Source of the DNA: Eledone cirrhosa
Taxonomy: Eukaryota
Assembly: GCA_964016885.1 (NCBI GenBank)
Contig: OZ024744.1
Span: 129,704,001-129,768,000 of the forward strand
Direction of reading: 5' to 3'
DNA: 64,000 nucleotides
Part shown: in pieces, positions 10,501 through 22,000 of the stretch
Numbering within the stretch: the first letter of the stretch is position 1
How the letters are laid out: the number at the start of each line of letters is the position of its first letter
Program-made: the position numbers and the translations under genes
The notes under the pieces: generated by a model
Told to the model about the DNA's origin: nothing
Databases searched by the model: none
What the model saw: only the letters and a program-made list of their open reading frames with translations

Positions 10501-13500
10501 TGGGGTTAATTTAAGTTGGGGTTAAGTTAAGTTGGGGTTAAGTTAAGTTTGGGTTGAGTTAAGTTGGGGTTCAGTTAAGTTGGGGTTAAGTTAAGTTGGG
10601 GTTAAGTTGGGGTAAAATTAAGTTGGGGTTAAGTTAAGTTGCGGTTAAGTTAAGTTGAGGTTAAGTTAAGTTGGGGTTAAGTTAAGTTGGGGTTAAGTTA
10701 AGTTGGGGCTAAGTTAAGTTGGAGCTAAGTTAAGTTGGGGCTAAGTTAAGTTGGGGTTAAGTTAAGTTGGGGTTAAGTTAAGGTGGGGTTAAGTTAAATT
10801 GGGGTCAACTTAAGTTGGGGTTAATTTAAGTTGGGGTTAACTTAAGTTGGGGTTAAGTTAAGTTGGGGTTAAGTTAAGTTGGGGTTAAGTTAAGTTGGGG
10901 TTACGTTAAGTTGGGGGTAAGTTAAGTTGGTGGTAAGTTAAGTTGGGGGTAAGTTAAGATGGGGTTAAGTTAAGTTGGGGTTAATTTAATTTGGGTTTAA
11001 GTTAAGTTAGGGTTAAGTTAAGTTGGGGTTGAGTTAAGTTGGGGTTAAGTTAAGTTGGGGTTATGTTAAGTTGGGGTTAAGTTAAGTTGGGGGTCAGTTA
11101 AGTTGGTGGTAAGTTAAGTTGGGGGTAAGTTAAGATGGGGTAAAGTTAAGTTGGGGTTAATTTAATTTGGGGTTAAGTTAAGTTAGGGTTAAGTTAAGTT
11201 GGGGTTGAGTTAAGTTGGGGTTAAGTTAAGTTGGGGTTATGTTAAGTGGGGGTTAAGTTAAGTTGGGGTTAAGTTAAGTTGGGGTTCAATTAAGTTGCGG
11301 ATAATTTAAGTTGGGGTTAAGTTAAGTTGGGGTTAAGTTAAGTTGGGGTTAAGTTAAGTTGGGGTTAAATTAAGTTGGGGTTAAATTAAGTTGGGGTTAA
11401 GTTAAGTTGGGGTTATGTTAAGTTGGTGTTAAGTTAAGTTGGGGTTAAGTTAAGTTGGGGTTAAGTTAGGTTGGTGTTAATTTAAGTTGGGGGTAAGTTA
11501 AGTTGGGGGTAAGTTAAGTTGGTGTTAAGTTAAGTTGGGGTTAAGTTAAGTTGGGGTTAAGTTAAGTTGGGTTTAAGTTAAGTTGGGGCTAAGTTAAGTT
11601 GGGGTTAAGTAAAGTTAGGGCTAAGTTAAGTTGGGGTTAAGTTAAGTTGGGGTTAATTTAAGTTGGGGTTACATTAAGTTGAGGTTAAGTTAAGTTGTGG
11701 TTAAGTTAAGTTAGGGTTAATTTAAGTTAGGGTTATGTTAAGTTGGGGTTAAGTTAAGTTGGGGTTAAGTTAGGTTGGTGTTAAGTTAAGTTGGGGTTAA
11801 GTTAATTTGTGGTTAAGTTAAGTTGGGGTTAAGTTAAGTTGGGGTTAAGTTAAGTTGGGGTTAAAATAAGTTGGGGTTAAGTTAAGTTGGGGTTGAGTTA
11901 AGTTGGGGTTGAGTTAATTTGGGGTTAAGTTAAGTTGGGGTTAACTTAAGTTGGGTTTAATTTAAGTTGAGGTTAATTTAAGTTGGGGTTAAATTAAGTT
12001 GGGGTTAAGTTAAGTTGGGGGTAAGATAAGTTGCGGTTAGTTAAGTTGCGGTTAAGTTAAGTTGGGGTAAAGTTAAGTTGGGGTTAAGTTAAGTTGGGGT
12101 TAAGTTAAGTTGGGGTTAAGTTAAGTTCGGGTTAATTTAAGTTGGGGTTAAGTTAAGTTGGGGTTAATTTAAGTTGGGGTTAATTTAAGTTGGGGTCAAG
12201 TTAAGTTGGGGTTAAGTTAAGTTGGGGTAAAGTTAAGTTGGGGTTAAGTTAAGTTGGGGTTAAGTTAAGTTGGGGTTAAGTTGGGGTTAAGTTAAGTTAG
12301 GGTTAACTTAAGTTGGGGTTGTGTTAAGTGGTGGTTATGTTAAGTGGTGGTTATGTTAAGTTGGGGTTAAGTTAAGTTGTGGTTAAGTTAAATTGGGGTT
12401 AAGTTAAGTTGCGGTTAATTTAAGTTGGGGTTAAGTTAAGTTGGGGTTAAGTTAATTAGGGTTAAGTTAAGTTGGGGTTAAGTTAAGTTGGGGTTAAGTT
12501 AAGTTGGGGTTAAGTTAAGTCGGGGTTAAGTTGGGGTTAAGTTAAGTTAGGGTTAACTTAAGTTGGGGTTGTGTTAAGTGGTGGTTATGTTAAGTGGTGG
12601 TTATGTTAAGTTGGGGTTAAGTTAAGTTGTGGTTAAGTTAAATTGGGGTTAAGTTAAGTTGCGGTTAATTTAAGTTGGGGTTAAGTTAAGTTGGGGTTAA
12701 GTTAATTAGGCTTAAGTTAAGTTGGGGTTAAGTTAAGTTGGGGTTAAGTTAAGTTGGGGTTAAGTTAAGTCGGGGTTAATTTAAGTTGGGGTTAAGTTAA
12801 GTTGAGGTTAAAGTTAAGTAGGGGTTAAATTATGTTGGGGTTAAGTTAAGTTGGGGATAAGTTAAGTTGGGGATAAGTTAAGTTGGGGTTAATTAAGTTG
12901 GGTTTAAGTTAACTTGGGGTTAAGTTAAGTTGGGGTTAAGTTAAGTTGGGGTTAAGTTAAGTTGGTTAGTTAAGTTGAGTTTAAGTTAAGTTGGGCTTAA
13001 TTTAAGTTGGGGTTAAGTTAAGTTGGGGTTAAGTTAAGTTGGGGTTAAGTTAAGTTGGGGTTAAGTTAAGATGGGGTTCAGTTAAGTTGGGGTTAATTTA
13101 AGTTGGGGTTAAGTTGGGGTAAAGTTAAGTTGGGGTTAAGTTAAGTTGGGGTTAAGTTAAGTTGGGGTTAAGTTAAGTTGGGGTTAAGTTAAGTTGCGGT
13201 TAAGTTAAGTTGAGGTTAAGTTAAGTTGGGGTTAAGTTAAGTTGGGGTTAAGTTAAGTTGGGGCTAAGTTAAGTTGGGGCTAAGTTAAGTTGGGGCTAAG
13301 TTAAGTTGGGGTTAAGTTAACTTTGGGTTAAGTTAAGTTGGGTTTGAGTTAAGTTGGGGTTAATTAAGTTGGGGTTAAGTTAAGTTGGGGTTAAGTTAAG
13401 TTGGGGTTAAGTTAAGTTGGGGTTAAGTTAAGTTGCGGTTAAGTTAAGTTGATGTTAAGTTAAGTTGGGGTTAAGTTAAGTTGGGGTTAAGTTAAGTTGG

Positions 13501-16500
13501 GGCTAAGTTAAGTTGGGGCTAAGTTAAGTTGGGGCTAAGTTAAGTTGGGGTTAAGTTAAGGTGGGGTTCAGTTAAGTTGGGGTCAACTTAAGTTGGGGTT
13601 AAGTTAAGTTGGGGTTAAGTTAAGTTGGAGTTAAGTTTAGTTGGGGTTAAGTTAAGTTGGGGTTACGTTAAGTTGGGGGTAAGTTAAGTTGGTGGTAAGT
13701 TAAGTTGGGGGTAAGTTAAGATGGGGTTAAGTTAAGTTGGGGTTAATTTAAGTTGGGGTTAAGTTAAGTTGGGGTTAAGTTAAGTTGGGGTTAAGTTAAG
13801 TTGGGGTTAAGTTAAGTTGGGGTTAAATTAACTTGGGGTTAAATTAAGTTGGGGTTCAGTTAAGTTGGGGTTATGTTAAGTTGGTGTTAAGTTAAGTTGG
13901 GGTTAAGTTAAGTTGGGGTTAAGTTAAGTTGGGGTTAAGTTAAGTTGGGGTTAATTTAAGTTGGGGTTACATTAAGTTGATGTTAAGTTAAGTTGGGGTT
14001 AAGTTAAGTTGGGGTTAAGTTAAGTTGGGGTTAAATTAAGTTGGGGTTAAATTAAGTTGGGGTTAAGTTAAGTTGGGGTTAAGTTAGGTTGGTGTTAAGT
14101 TAAGTTGGGGTTAAGTTAATTTGTGGTTAAGTTAAGTTGGGGTTAAGTTAAGTTGGGGTTAAGTTCAGTCGGGGTTAAGTTAAGTCGGGGTTAAGTTAAG
14201 TTGGGGTTAAATTAAGTTGCGGTTAAGTTAAGTTGGGGTTACGTTAAGTTGGGGTTAAGTTAATTAGGGTTAAGTTAAGTTGGGGTTAAGTTAAGTTGGG
14301 GTTAAGTTAAGTTGGGGTTAAGTTAAGTTGGGTTTAAGTTAAGTTGGGGCTAAGTTAAGTTAGGGCTAAGTTAAGTTGGGGTTAAGTTAAGTTGGGGTTA
14401 ATTTAAGTTGGGGTTACATTAAGTTGAGGTTAAGTTAAGTTGTGGTTAAGTTAAGTTAGGGTTAATTTAAGTTAGGGTTATGTTAAGTTGGAGTTAAGTT
14501 AAGTTGGGGTTAAGTTAGGTTGGTGTTAAGTTAAGTTGGGGTTAAGTTAATTTGTGGTTAAGTTAAGTTGGGGTTAAGTTAAGTTGGGGTTAAGTTCAGT
14601 CGGGGTTAATTTAAGTCGGGGTTAAGTTAAGTTGGGGTTAAGTTAAGTTGGGGTTAAGTTAAGTTGGGGTTGAGTTAAGTTGGGGTTAAGTTAAGGTGGG
14701 GTTAAAATAAGTTGGGGTTAAGTTAAGTTGGGGTTGAGTTAAGTTGGGGTTGAGTTAATTTGGGGTTAAGTTAAGTTGGGGTTAACTTAAGTTGGGTTTA
14801 ATTTAAGTTGGGGTTAATTTAAGTTGGGGTTAAATTAAGTTGGGGTTAAATTAAGTTGGGGTTAAGTTAAGTTGGGGGTAAGATAAGTTGGGGTTAGTTA
14901 AGTTGCGGTTAAGTTAAGTTGGGGTTAAGTTAAGTTGGGGTTAATTTAAGTTGGGGTTAATTTAAGTTGGGGTTAAGTTAAGTTGGGGTTAATTTAAGTT
15001 GGGGTTAATTTAAGTTGGGGTTAAGTTAAGTTGGGGTTAAGTTAAGTTGGGGTAAAGTTAAGTTGGGGTTAAGTTAAGTTGGGGTTAAGTTAAGTTGGGG
15101 TTAAGTTGGGGTTAAGTTAAGTTAGGGTTAACTTAAGTTGGGGTTGTGTTAAGTGGTGGTTATGTTAAGTGGTGGTTATGTTAAGTTGGGGTTAAGTTAA
15201 GTTGGGGTTAAGTTAAATTGGGGTTAAGTTAAGTCGCGGTTAAGTTAAGTTGGGGTTAAGTTAAGTTGGGGTTAAGTTAATTAGGGTTAAGTTAAGTTGG
15301 GGTTAAGTTAAGTTGGGGTTAAGTTAAGTTGGGGTTAAGTTAAGTTGGGGTTAAGTTAAGTTGGGGTTAAGATAAGTTGGGGTTAAGTTAAGTCGGGGTT
15401 AAGTTAAGTTAGGGTTAAGTTAAGTTGGGGTTAATTTAAGTTGGGGTTAAGTTAAGTTGGGGTTAAGTTAAGTTGGGGTTAAGTTAAGTTGAGGTTAAAG
15501 TTAAGTAGGGGTTAAATTATGTTGGGGTTAAGTTAAGTTGGGGTTAAGTTAAGTTGGGGTTAAGTTAAGTTGGGGATAAGTTAAGTTGGGGATAAGTTAA
15601 GTTGGGGTTAATTAAGTTGGGTTTAAGTTAAGTTGGGGTTAAGTTAAGTTGGGGTTAAGTTAAGTTGGGGTTAAGTTAAGTCGGTTAGTTAAGTTGAGTT
15701 TAAGTTAAGTTGGGCTTAATTTAAGTTGGGGTTAAGTTAAGTTGGGGTTAAGTTAAGTTGGGGTTAAGTTAAGTTGGGGTTAAGTTAAGTTGGGGTTCAG
15801 TCAAGTTGGGGTTAAGTTAAGTTGGGGTTAAGTTGGGGTAAAATTAAGTTGGGGTTAAGTTAAGTTGGGGTTAAGTTAAGTTGCGGTTAAGTTAAGTTGA
15901 GGTTAAATTAAGTTGGGGTTAAGTTAAGTTGGGGTTAATTTAAGTTGGGGCTAAGTTAAGTTGGGGCTAAGTTAAGTTGGGGCTAAGTTAAGTTGGGGTT
16001 AAGTTAACTTTGGGTTAAGTTAAGTTGGGTTTGAGTTAAGTTGGGGTTAATTAAGTTGGGGTTAAGTTAAGTTGGGGTTAAGTTAAGTTGGGGTTAAGTT
16101 AAGTTGGTGTTAAGTTAAGTTGCGGTTAAGTTAAGTTGATGTTAAGTTAAGTTGGGGTTAAGTTAAGTTGGGGTTAAGTTAAGTTGGGGCTAAGTTAAGT
16201 TGGGGCTAAGTTAAGTTGGGGCTAAGTTAAGTTGGGGTTAAGTTAAGGTGGGGTTAAGTTAAGTTGGGGTTAATTTAATTTGGGGTTAAGTTAAGTTAGG
16301 GTTAAGTTAAGTTGGGGTTATGTTAAGTTGGGGTTAAGTTAAGTTGGGGTTAAGTTAAGTTGGGGTTCAATTAAGTTGCGGTTAATTTAAGTTGGGTTTA
16401 AGTTAAGTTGGGGTTCAGTTAAGTTGGGGTTATGTTAAGTTGGTGTTAAGTTAAGTTGGGGTTAAGTTAAGTTGGGGTTAAGTTAAGTTGGGGTTAAGTT

Positions 16501-19049
16501 AGGTTGGTGTTAAGTTAAGTTGGCGGTAAGTTAAGTTGGGGGTAAGTTAAGTTGGTGTTAAGTTATGTTGGGGTTAAGTTAAGTTGGGGTTAAGTTAAGT
16601 TGGGTTTAAGTTAAGTTGGGGCTAAGTTAAGTTAGGGCTAAGTTAAGTTGGGGTTAAGTAAAGTTAGGGCTAAGTTAAGTTGGGGTTAAGTTAAGTTGGG
16701 GTTAATTTAAGTTGGGGTTACATTAAGTTGAGGTTAAGTTAAGTTGGGGTTAAGTTAAGTTGGGTTTAAGTTAAGTTGGGGCTAAGTTAAGTTAGGGCTA
16801 AGTTAAGTTGGGGCTGAGTTAAGTTGGGGTTAAGTTAAGTTGGGGTTGAGTTAAGTTGGGGTTAAGTTAAGTTGGGGTTAAGTTAAGTTGGGGTTAAGTT
16901 AAGTTGGGGCTGAGTTAAGTTGGGGTTACGTTAAGTTGGGGTTAAGGTAAGTTGGGGTTAAGTTAAGTTCGGGTTAAGTTAAGTTGGTGTTAAGTTAAGT
17001 TGGGGCTGAGTTAAGTTGGGGCTAAGTTAAGTTGGGTCTAAGTTAAGTTGGGGTTAAGTTAAGTTGGGGTTAAGTTAAGTTGGTGTTAAATTAAGTTGGG
17101 GTTAAGTTAAGTTGGTGTTAAGTTAAGTTGGGGTTAAGTTAAGTTGGGGTTAATTAAGTTGGGGTTAAGTTAAGTTGGGGTTAAGTTAATTGGGGTTAAA
17201 TTAGGTTAGGGTTGAGTTAAGTTGGGGTTAAGTTAAGTTGGGGTTATATTAAGTTGGGGTTAAGTTAAGTTGGGGTTAAGTAAAGTTGGGGTACAGTTAA
17301 GTTGCGGTTAAGTTAAGTTGGGGTTAAGTTAAGTTAGGCTTAACTTAAGTTGGGGTTAAGTTAAGTTGGGGTGAGTTAAGTTGGGGGTAAGTTAAGTTGG
17401 GGTTAAGTTAAGTTGGGGTTAAGTTGGGGTTAAGTTAATTTAGGGTTAAGTTAAGTTGGGGTTGAGTTAAGTTGGGGTTAAGTTAAGTGGTGGTTATGTT
17501 AAGTTGGGGTTAAATTAAGTTGGGGTTAATTTAAATTGGGGTTAATTTAACTTTGTGGTTAAGTTAAGTTGGGGTTAATTTAAGTTGGGGTTAAGTTAAG
17601 TTGGGGTTAATTTAATTTGTGGTTAAGTTAAGTTGGGGTTAAGTTAAGTTGGGCTTGAGTTAAGCTGGGGTTAAGTTAAGTTGGGGTTAAAATAAGTTGG
17701 GGTTAAGTTAAGTTGGGGTTGAGTTAAGTTGGGGTTGAGTTAATTCGGGGTTAAGTTAAGTTGGGGTTAACTTAAGTTGGGTTTAATTTAAGTTGGGGTT
17801 AAGTTAAGTTGGGGTTATAATTAAGTTGGGGTTAAGTTAAGTTGGGGGTAAGATAAGTTGGGGTTAGTTAAGTTGCGGTTAAGTTAAGTTGGGGTTAAGT
17901 TAAGTTGGGGTTAAGTTAAGTTGGGGTTAAGTTAAGTTGGGGTTAAATTAAGTTGGGGTTAATTTAAGTTGGGGTAAAGTTAAGTTGGGGGTAAGTTAAG
18001 TTGGGGTTAAGTTAAGTTGGGGTTAAGTTGGGGTTAAGTTAAGTTAGGGTTAACTTAAGTTGGGGTTGTGTTAAGTGGTGGTTATGTTAAGTGGTGGTTA
18101 TGTTAAGTTGGGGTTAAGTTAAGTTGGGGTTAAGTTAAATTGGGGTTAAGTTAAGTTGCGGTTAAGTTAAGTTGGGGTTAAGTTAAGTTGGGGTTAAGTT
18201 AATTAGGGTTAAGTTAAGTTGGGGTTAAGTTAAGTTGGGGTTAAGTTAAGTTGGGGTTAAGTTAATTTGTGGTTAAGTTAAGTTGGGGTTAAGTTAAGTT
18301 GGGGTTAAGTTAAGTTGGGGATAAGTTAAGTTGAGGATAAGTTAAGTTGGGGTTAATTAAGTTGGCTTTAAGTTAAGTTGGGGTTAAGTTAAGTTGGGGT
18401 TAAGTTAAGTTGGGGTTAAGTTAAGTTGGTTAGTTAAGTTGAGTTTAAGTTAAGTTGGGGTTAATTTAAGTTGGGGTTAAGTTAAGTTGGGGTTAAGTTA
18501 AGTTTGGGTTGAGTTAAGTTGGGGTTCAGTTAAGTTGGGGTTAAGTTAAGTTGGGGTTAAGTTGGGGTAAAATTAAGTTGGGGTTAAGTTAAGTTGCGGT
18601 TAAGTTAAGTTGAGGTTAAGTTAAGTTGGGGTTAAGTTAAGTTGGGGTTAAGTTAAGTTGGGGCTAAGTTAAGTTGGAGCTAAGTTAAGTTGGGGCTAAG
18701 TTAAGTTGGGGTTAAGTTAAGTTGGGGTTAAGTTAAGGTGGGGTTAAGTTAAATTGGGGTCAACTTAAGTTGGGGTTAATTTAAGTTGGGGTTAACTTAA
18801 GTTGGGGTTAAGTTAAGTTGGGGTTAAGTTAAGTTGGGGTTAAGTTAAGTTGGGGTTACGTTAAGTTGGGGGTAAGTTAAGTTGGTGGTAAGTTAAGTTG
18901 GGGGTAAGTTAAGATGGGGTTAAGTTAAGTTGGGGTTAATTTAATTTGGGTTTAAGTTAAGTTAGGGTTAAGTTAAGTTGGGGTTGAGTTAAGTTGGGGT
19001 TAAGTTAAGTTGGGGTTATGTTAAGTTGGGGTTAAGTTAAGTTGGGGTT
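3284..19049 (+). repeat. Tandem duplication of ~7.8-8.0 kb (about 3,284-11,094 and 11,095-19,049); recurs at about 40,621-56,386
   Basis: GGGGGTCAG C3284/C11095 and CGCG 7424/15235 give offset 7,811. GAGGTTAAAGTTAAGTAGGGG A7537/A15492, GGGTCTAAG 9083/17038 and GTAC 9336/17291 give offset 7,955 after a 144-bp indel. Confidence 0.92.
4470..4970 (+). repeat. 250-bp tandem duplication (fourteen 16-mers + one 11-mer + one 15-mer); also at about 12,280, 34,995, 41,810 and 49,620
   Basis: GTGTTAAGTGGTGGTTATG landmark pairs lie at 4510/4760, 12321/12571, 35034/35284, 41847/42097 and 49658/49908, each 250 apart. Confidence 0.9.
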
Positions 19050-22000
19050 AAGTTAAGTTGGGGCTCAATTAAGTTGCGGTTAATTTAAGTTGGGGTTAAG
19101 TTAAGTTGGGGTTAAGTTAAGTTGGGGTTAAGTTAAGTTGGGGTTAAATTAAGTTGGGGTTAAATTAAGTTGGGGTTAAGTTAAGTTGGGGTTATGTTAA
19201 GTTGGTGTTAAGTTAAGTTGGGGTTAAGTTAAGTTGGGGTTAAGTTAGGTTGGTGTTAATTTAAGTTGGGGTTAAGTTAAGTTGGGGTTAAGTTAAGTTG
19301 GTTAGTTAAGTTGAGTTTAAGTTAAGTTGGGGTTAATTTAAGTTGGGGTTAAGTTAAGTTGGGGTTAAGTTAAGTTGGGGTTAAGTTAAGTTGGGGTTCA
19401 GTTAAGTTGGGGTTAAGTTAAGTTGGGGTTAAGTTAAGTTGCGGTTAAGTTAAGTTGCCGTTAAGTTAAGTTGAGGTTAAGTTAAGTTGGGGTTAAGTTA
19501 AGTTGGGGTTAAGTTAAGTTGGGGCTAAGTTAAGTTGGGGCTAAGTTAAGTTGGGGCTAAGTTAAGTTGGGGTTAAGTTAACTTTGGGTTAAGTTAAGTT
19601 GGGTTTGAGTTAAGTTGGGGTTAATTAAGTTGGGGTTAAGTTAAGTTGGGGTTAAGTTAAGTTGGGGTTAAGTTGGGGTTAAGTTAAGTTGCGGTTAAGT
19701 TAAGTTGATGTTAAGTTAAGTTGGGGTTAAGTTAAGTTGGGGTTAAGTTAAGTTGGGGCTAGGTTAAGTTGGGGTTAATTTAAGTTGGGGTTAAGTTAAG
19801 GTGGGGTTAAGTTAAGTTGGGGTCAACTTAAGTTGGGGTTAAGTTAAGTTGGGGTTAACTTAAGTTGGGGTTAAGTTAAGTTGGGGTTAAGTTAAGTTGG
19901 GGTTACGTTAAGTTGGGGGTAAGTCAAGTTGGTGGTAAGTTAAGTTGGGGGTAAGTTAAGATGGGGTTAAGTTAAGTTGGGGTTAATTTAATTTGGGGTT
20001 AAGTTAAGTTAGGGTTAAGTTAAGTTGGGGTTGAGTTAAGTTGGGGTTAAGTTAAGTTGGGGTTATGTTAAGTTGGGGTTAAGTTAAGTTGGGGTTAAGT
20101 TAAGTTGGGGTTCAATTAAGTTGCGGATAATTTAAGTTGGGGTTAAGTTAAGTTGGGGTTAAGTTAAGTTGGGGTTAAGTTAAGTTGGGGTTAAATTAAG
20201 TTGGGGTTAAATTGAGTTGGGGTTAAGTTAATTTGGGGTTATGTTAAGTTGGTGTTAAGTTAAGTTGGGGTTAAGTTAAGTTGGGGTTAAGTTAGGTTGG
20301 TGTTAATTTAAGTTGGGGGTAAGTTAAGTTGGGGGTAAGTTAAGTTGGTGTTAAGTTAAGTTGGGGTTAAGTTAAGTTGGGGTTAAGTTAAGTTGGGTTT
20401 AAGTTAAGTTGGGGCTAAGTTAAGTTAGGGCTAAGTTAAGTTGGGGTTAAGTAAAGTTAGGGCTAAGTTAAGTTGGGGTTAAGTTAAGTTGGGGTTAATT
20501 TAAGTTGGGGTTACATTAAGTTGATGTTAAGTTAAGTTGGGGTTAAGTTAAGTTGGGGTTAAGTTAAGTTGGGGTTAAATTAAGTTGGGGTTAAATTAAG
20601 TTGGGGTTAAGTTAAGTTGGGGTTAAGTTAGGTTGGTGTTAAGTTAAGTTGGGGTTAAGTTAATTTGTGGTTAAGTTAAGTTGGGGTTAAGTTAAGTTGG
20701 GGTTAAGTTCAGTCGGGGTTAAGTTAAGTCGGGGTTAAGTTAAGTTGGGGTTAAGTTAAGTTGCGGTTAAGTTAAGTTGGGGTTAAGTTAAGTTGGGGTT
20801 AAGTTAATTAGGGTTAAGTTCAGTTGGGGTTAAGTTAAGTTGGGGTTAAGTTAAGTTAAGTTAAGTTGGGTTTAAGTTAAGTTGGGGCTAAGTTAAGTTA
20901 GGGCTAAGTTAAGTTGGGGTTAAGTTAAGTTGGGGTTAAGTTAAGTTGGGGTTAAGTTAATTTGTGGTTAAGTTAAGTTGGGGTTAAGTTAAGTTGGGGT
21001 TAAGTTAAGTTGGGGATAAGTTAAGTTGAGGATAAGTTAAGTTGGGGTTAATTAAGTTGGCTTTAAGTTAAGTTGGGGTTAAGTTAAGTTGGGGTTAAGT
21101 TAAGTTGGGGTTAAGTTAAGTTGGTTAGTTAAGTTGAGTTTAAGTTAAGTTGGGGTTAATTTAAGTTGGGGTTAAGTTAAGTTGGGGTTAAGTTAAGTTT
21201 GGGTTAAGTTAAGTTGGGGTTCAGTTAAGTTGGGGTTAAGTTAAGTTGGGGTTAAGTTGGGGTAAAATTAAGTTGGGGTTAAGTTAAGTTGCGGTTAAGT
21301 TAAGTTGAGGTTAAGTTAAGTTGGGGTTAAGTTAAGTTGGGGTTAAGTTAAGTTGGGGCTAAGTTAAGTTGGAGCTAAGTTAAGTTGGGGCTAAGTTAAG
21401 TTGGGGTTAAGTTAAGTTGGGGTTAAGTTAAGGTGGGGTTAAGTTAAATTGGGGTCAACTTAAGTTGGGGTTAATTTAAGTTGGGGTTAACTTAAGTTGG
21501 GGTTAAGTTAAGTTGGGGTTAAGTTAAGTTGGGGTTAAGTTAAGTTGGGGTTACGTTAAGTTGGGGGTAAGTTAAGTTGGTGGTAAGTTAAGTTGGGGGT
21601 AAGTTAAGATGGGGTTAAGTTAAGTTGGGGTTAATTTAATTTGGGTTTAAGTTAAGTTAGGGTTAAGTTAAGTTGGGGTTGAGTTAAGTTGGGGTTAAGT
21701 TAAGTTGGGGTTATGTTAAGTTGGGGTTAAGTTAAGTTGGGGTTAAGTTAAGTTGGGGCTCAATTAAGTTGCGGTTAATTTAAGTTGGGGTTAAGTTAAG
21801 TTGGGGTTAAGTTAAGTTGGGGTTAAGTTAAGTTGGGGTTAAATTAAGTTGGGGTTAAATTAAGTTGGGGTTAAGTTAAGTTGGGGTTATGTTAAGTTGG
21901 TGTTAAGTTAAGTTGGGGTTAAGTTAAGTTGGGGTTAAGTTAGGTTGGTGTTAATTTAAGTTGGGGTTAAGTTAAGTTGGGGTTAAGTTAAGTTGGTTAG

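Noticed and set aside
10910-15490. Nucleosome-sized steps (176-bp junction shift, 144-bp indel)
   Set aside because: There are only two cases, both necessarily multiples of 16, and other indels are 16, 32 and 48 bp, so there is no support for nucleosome phasing.
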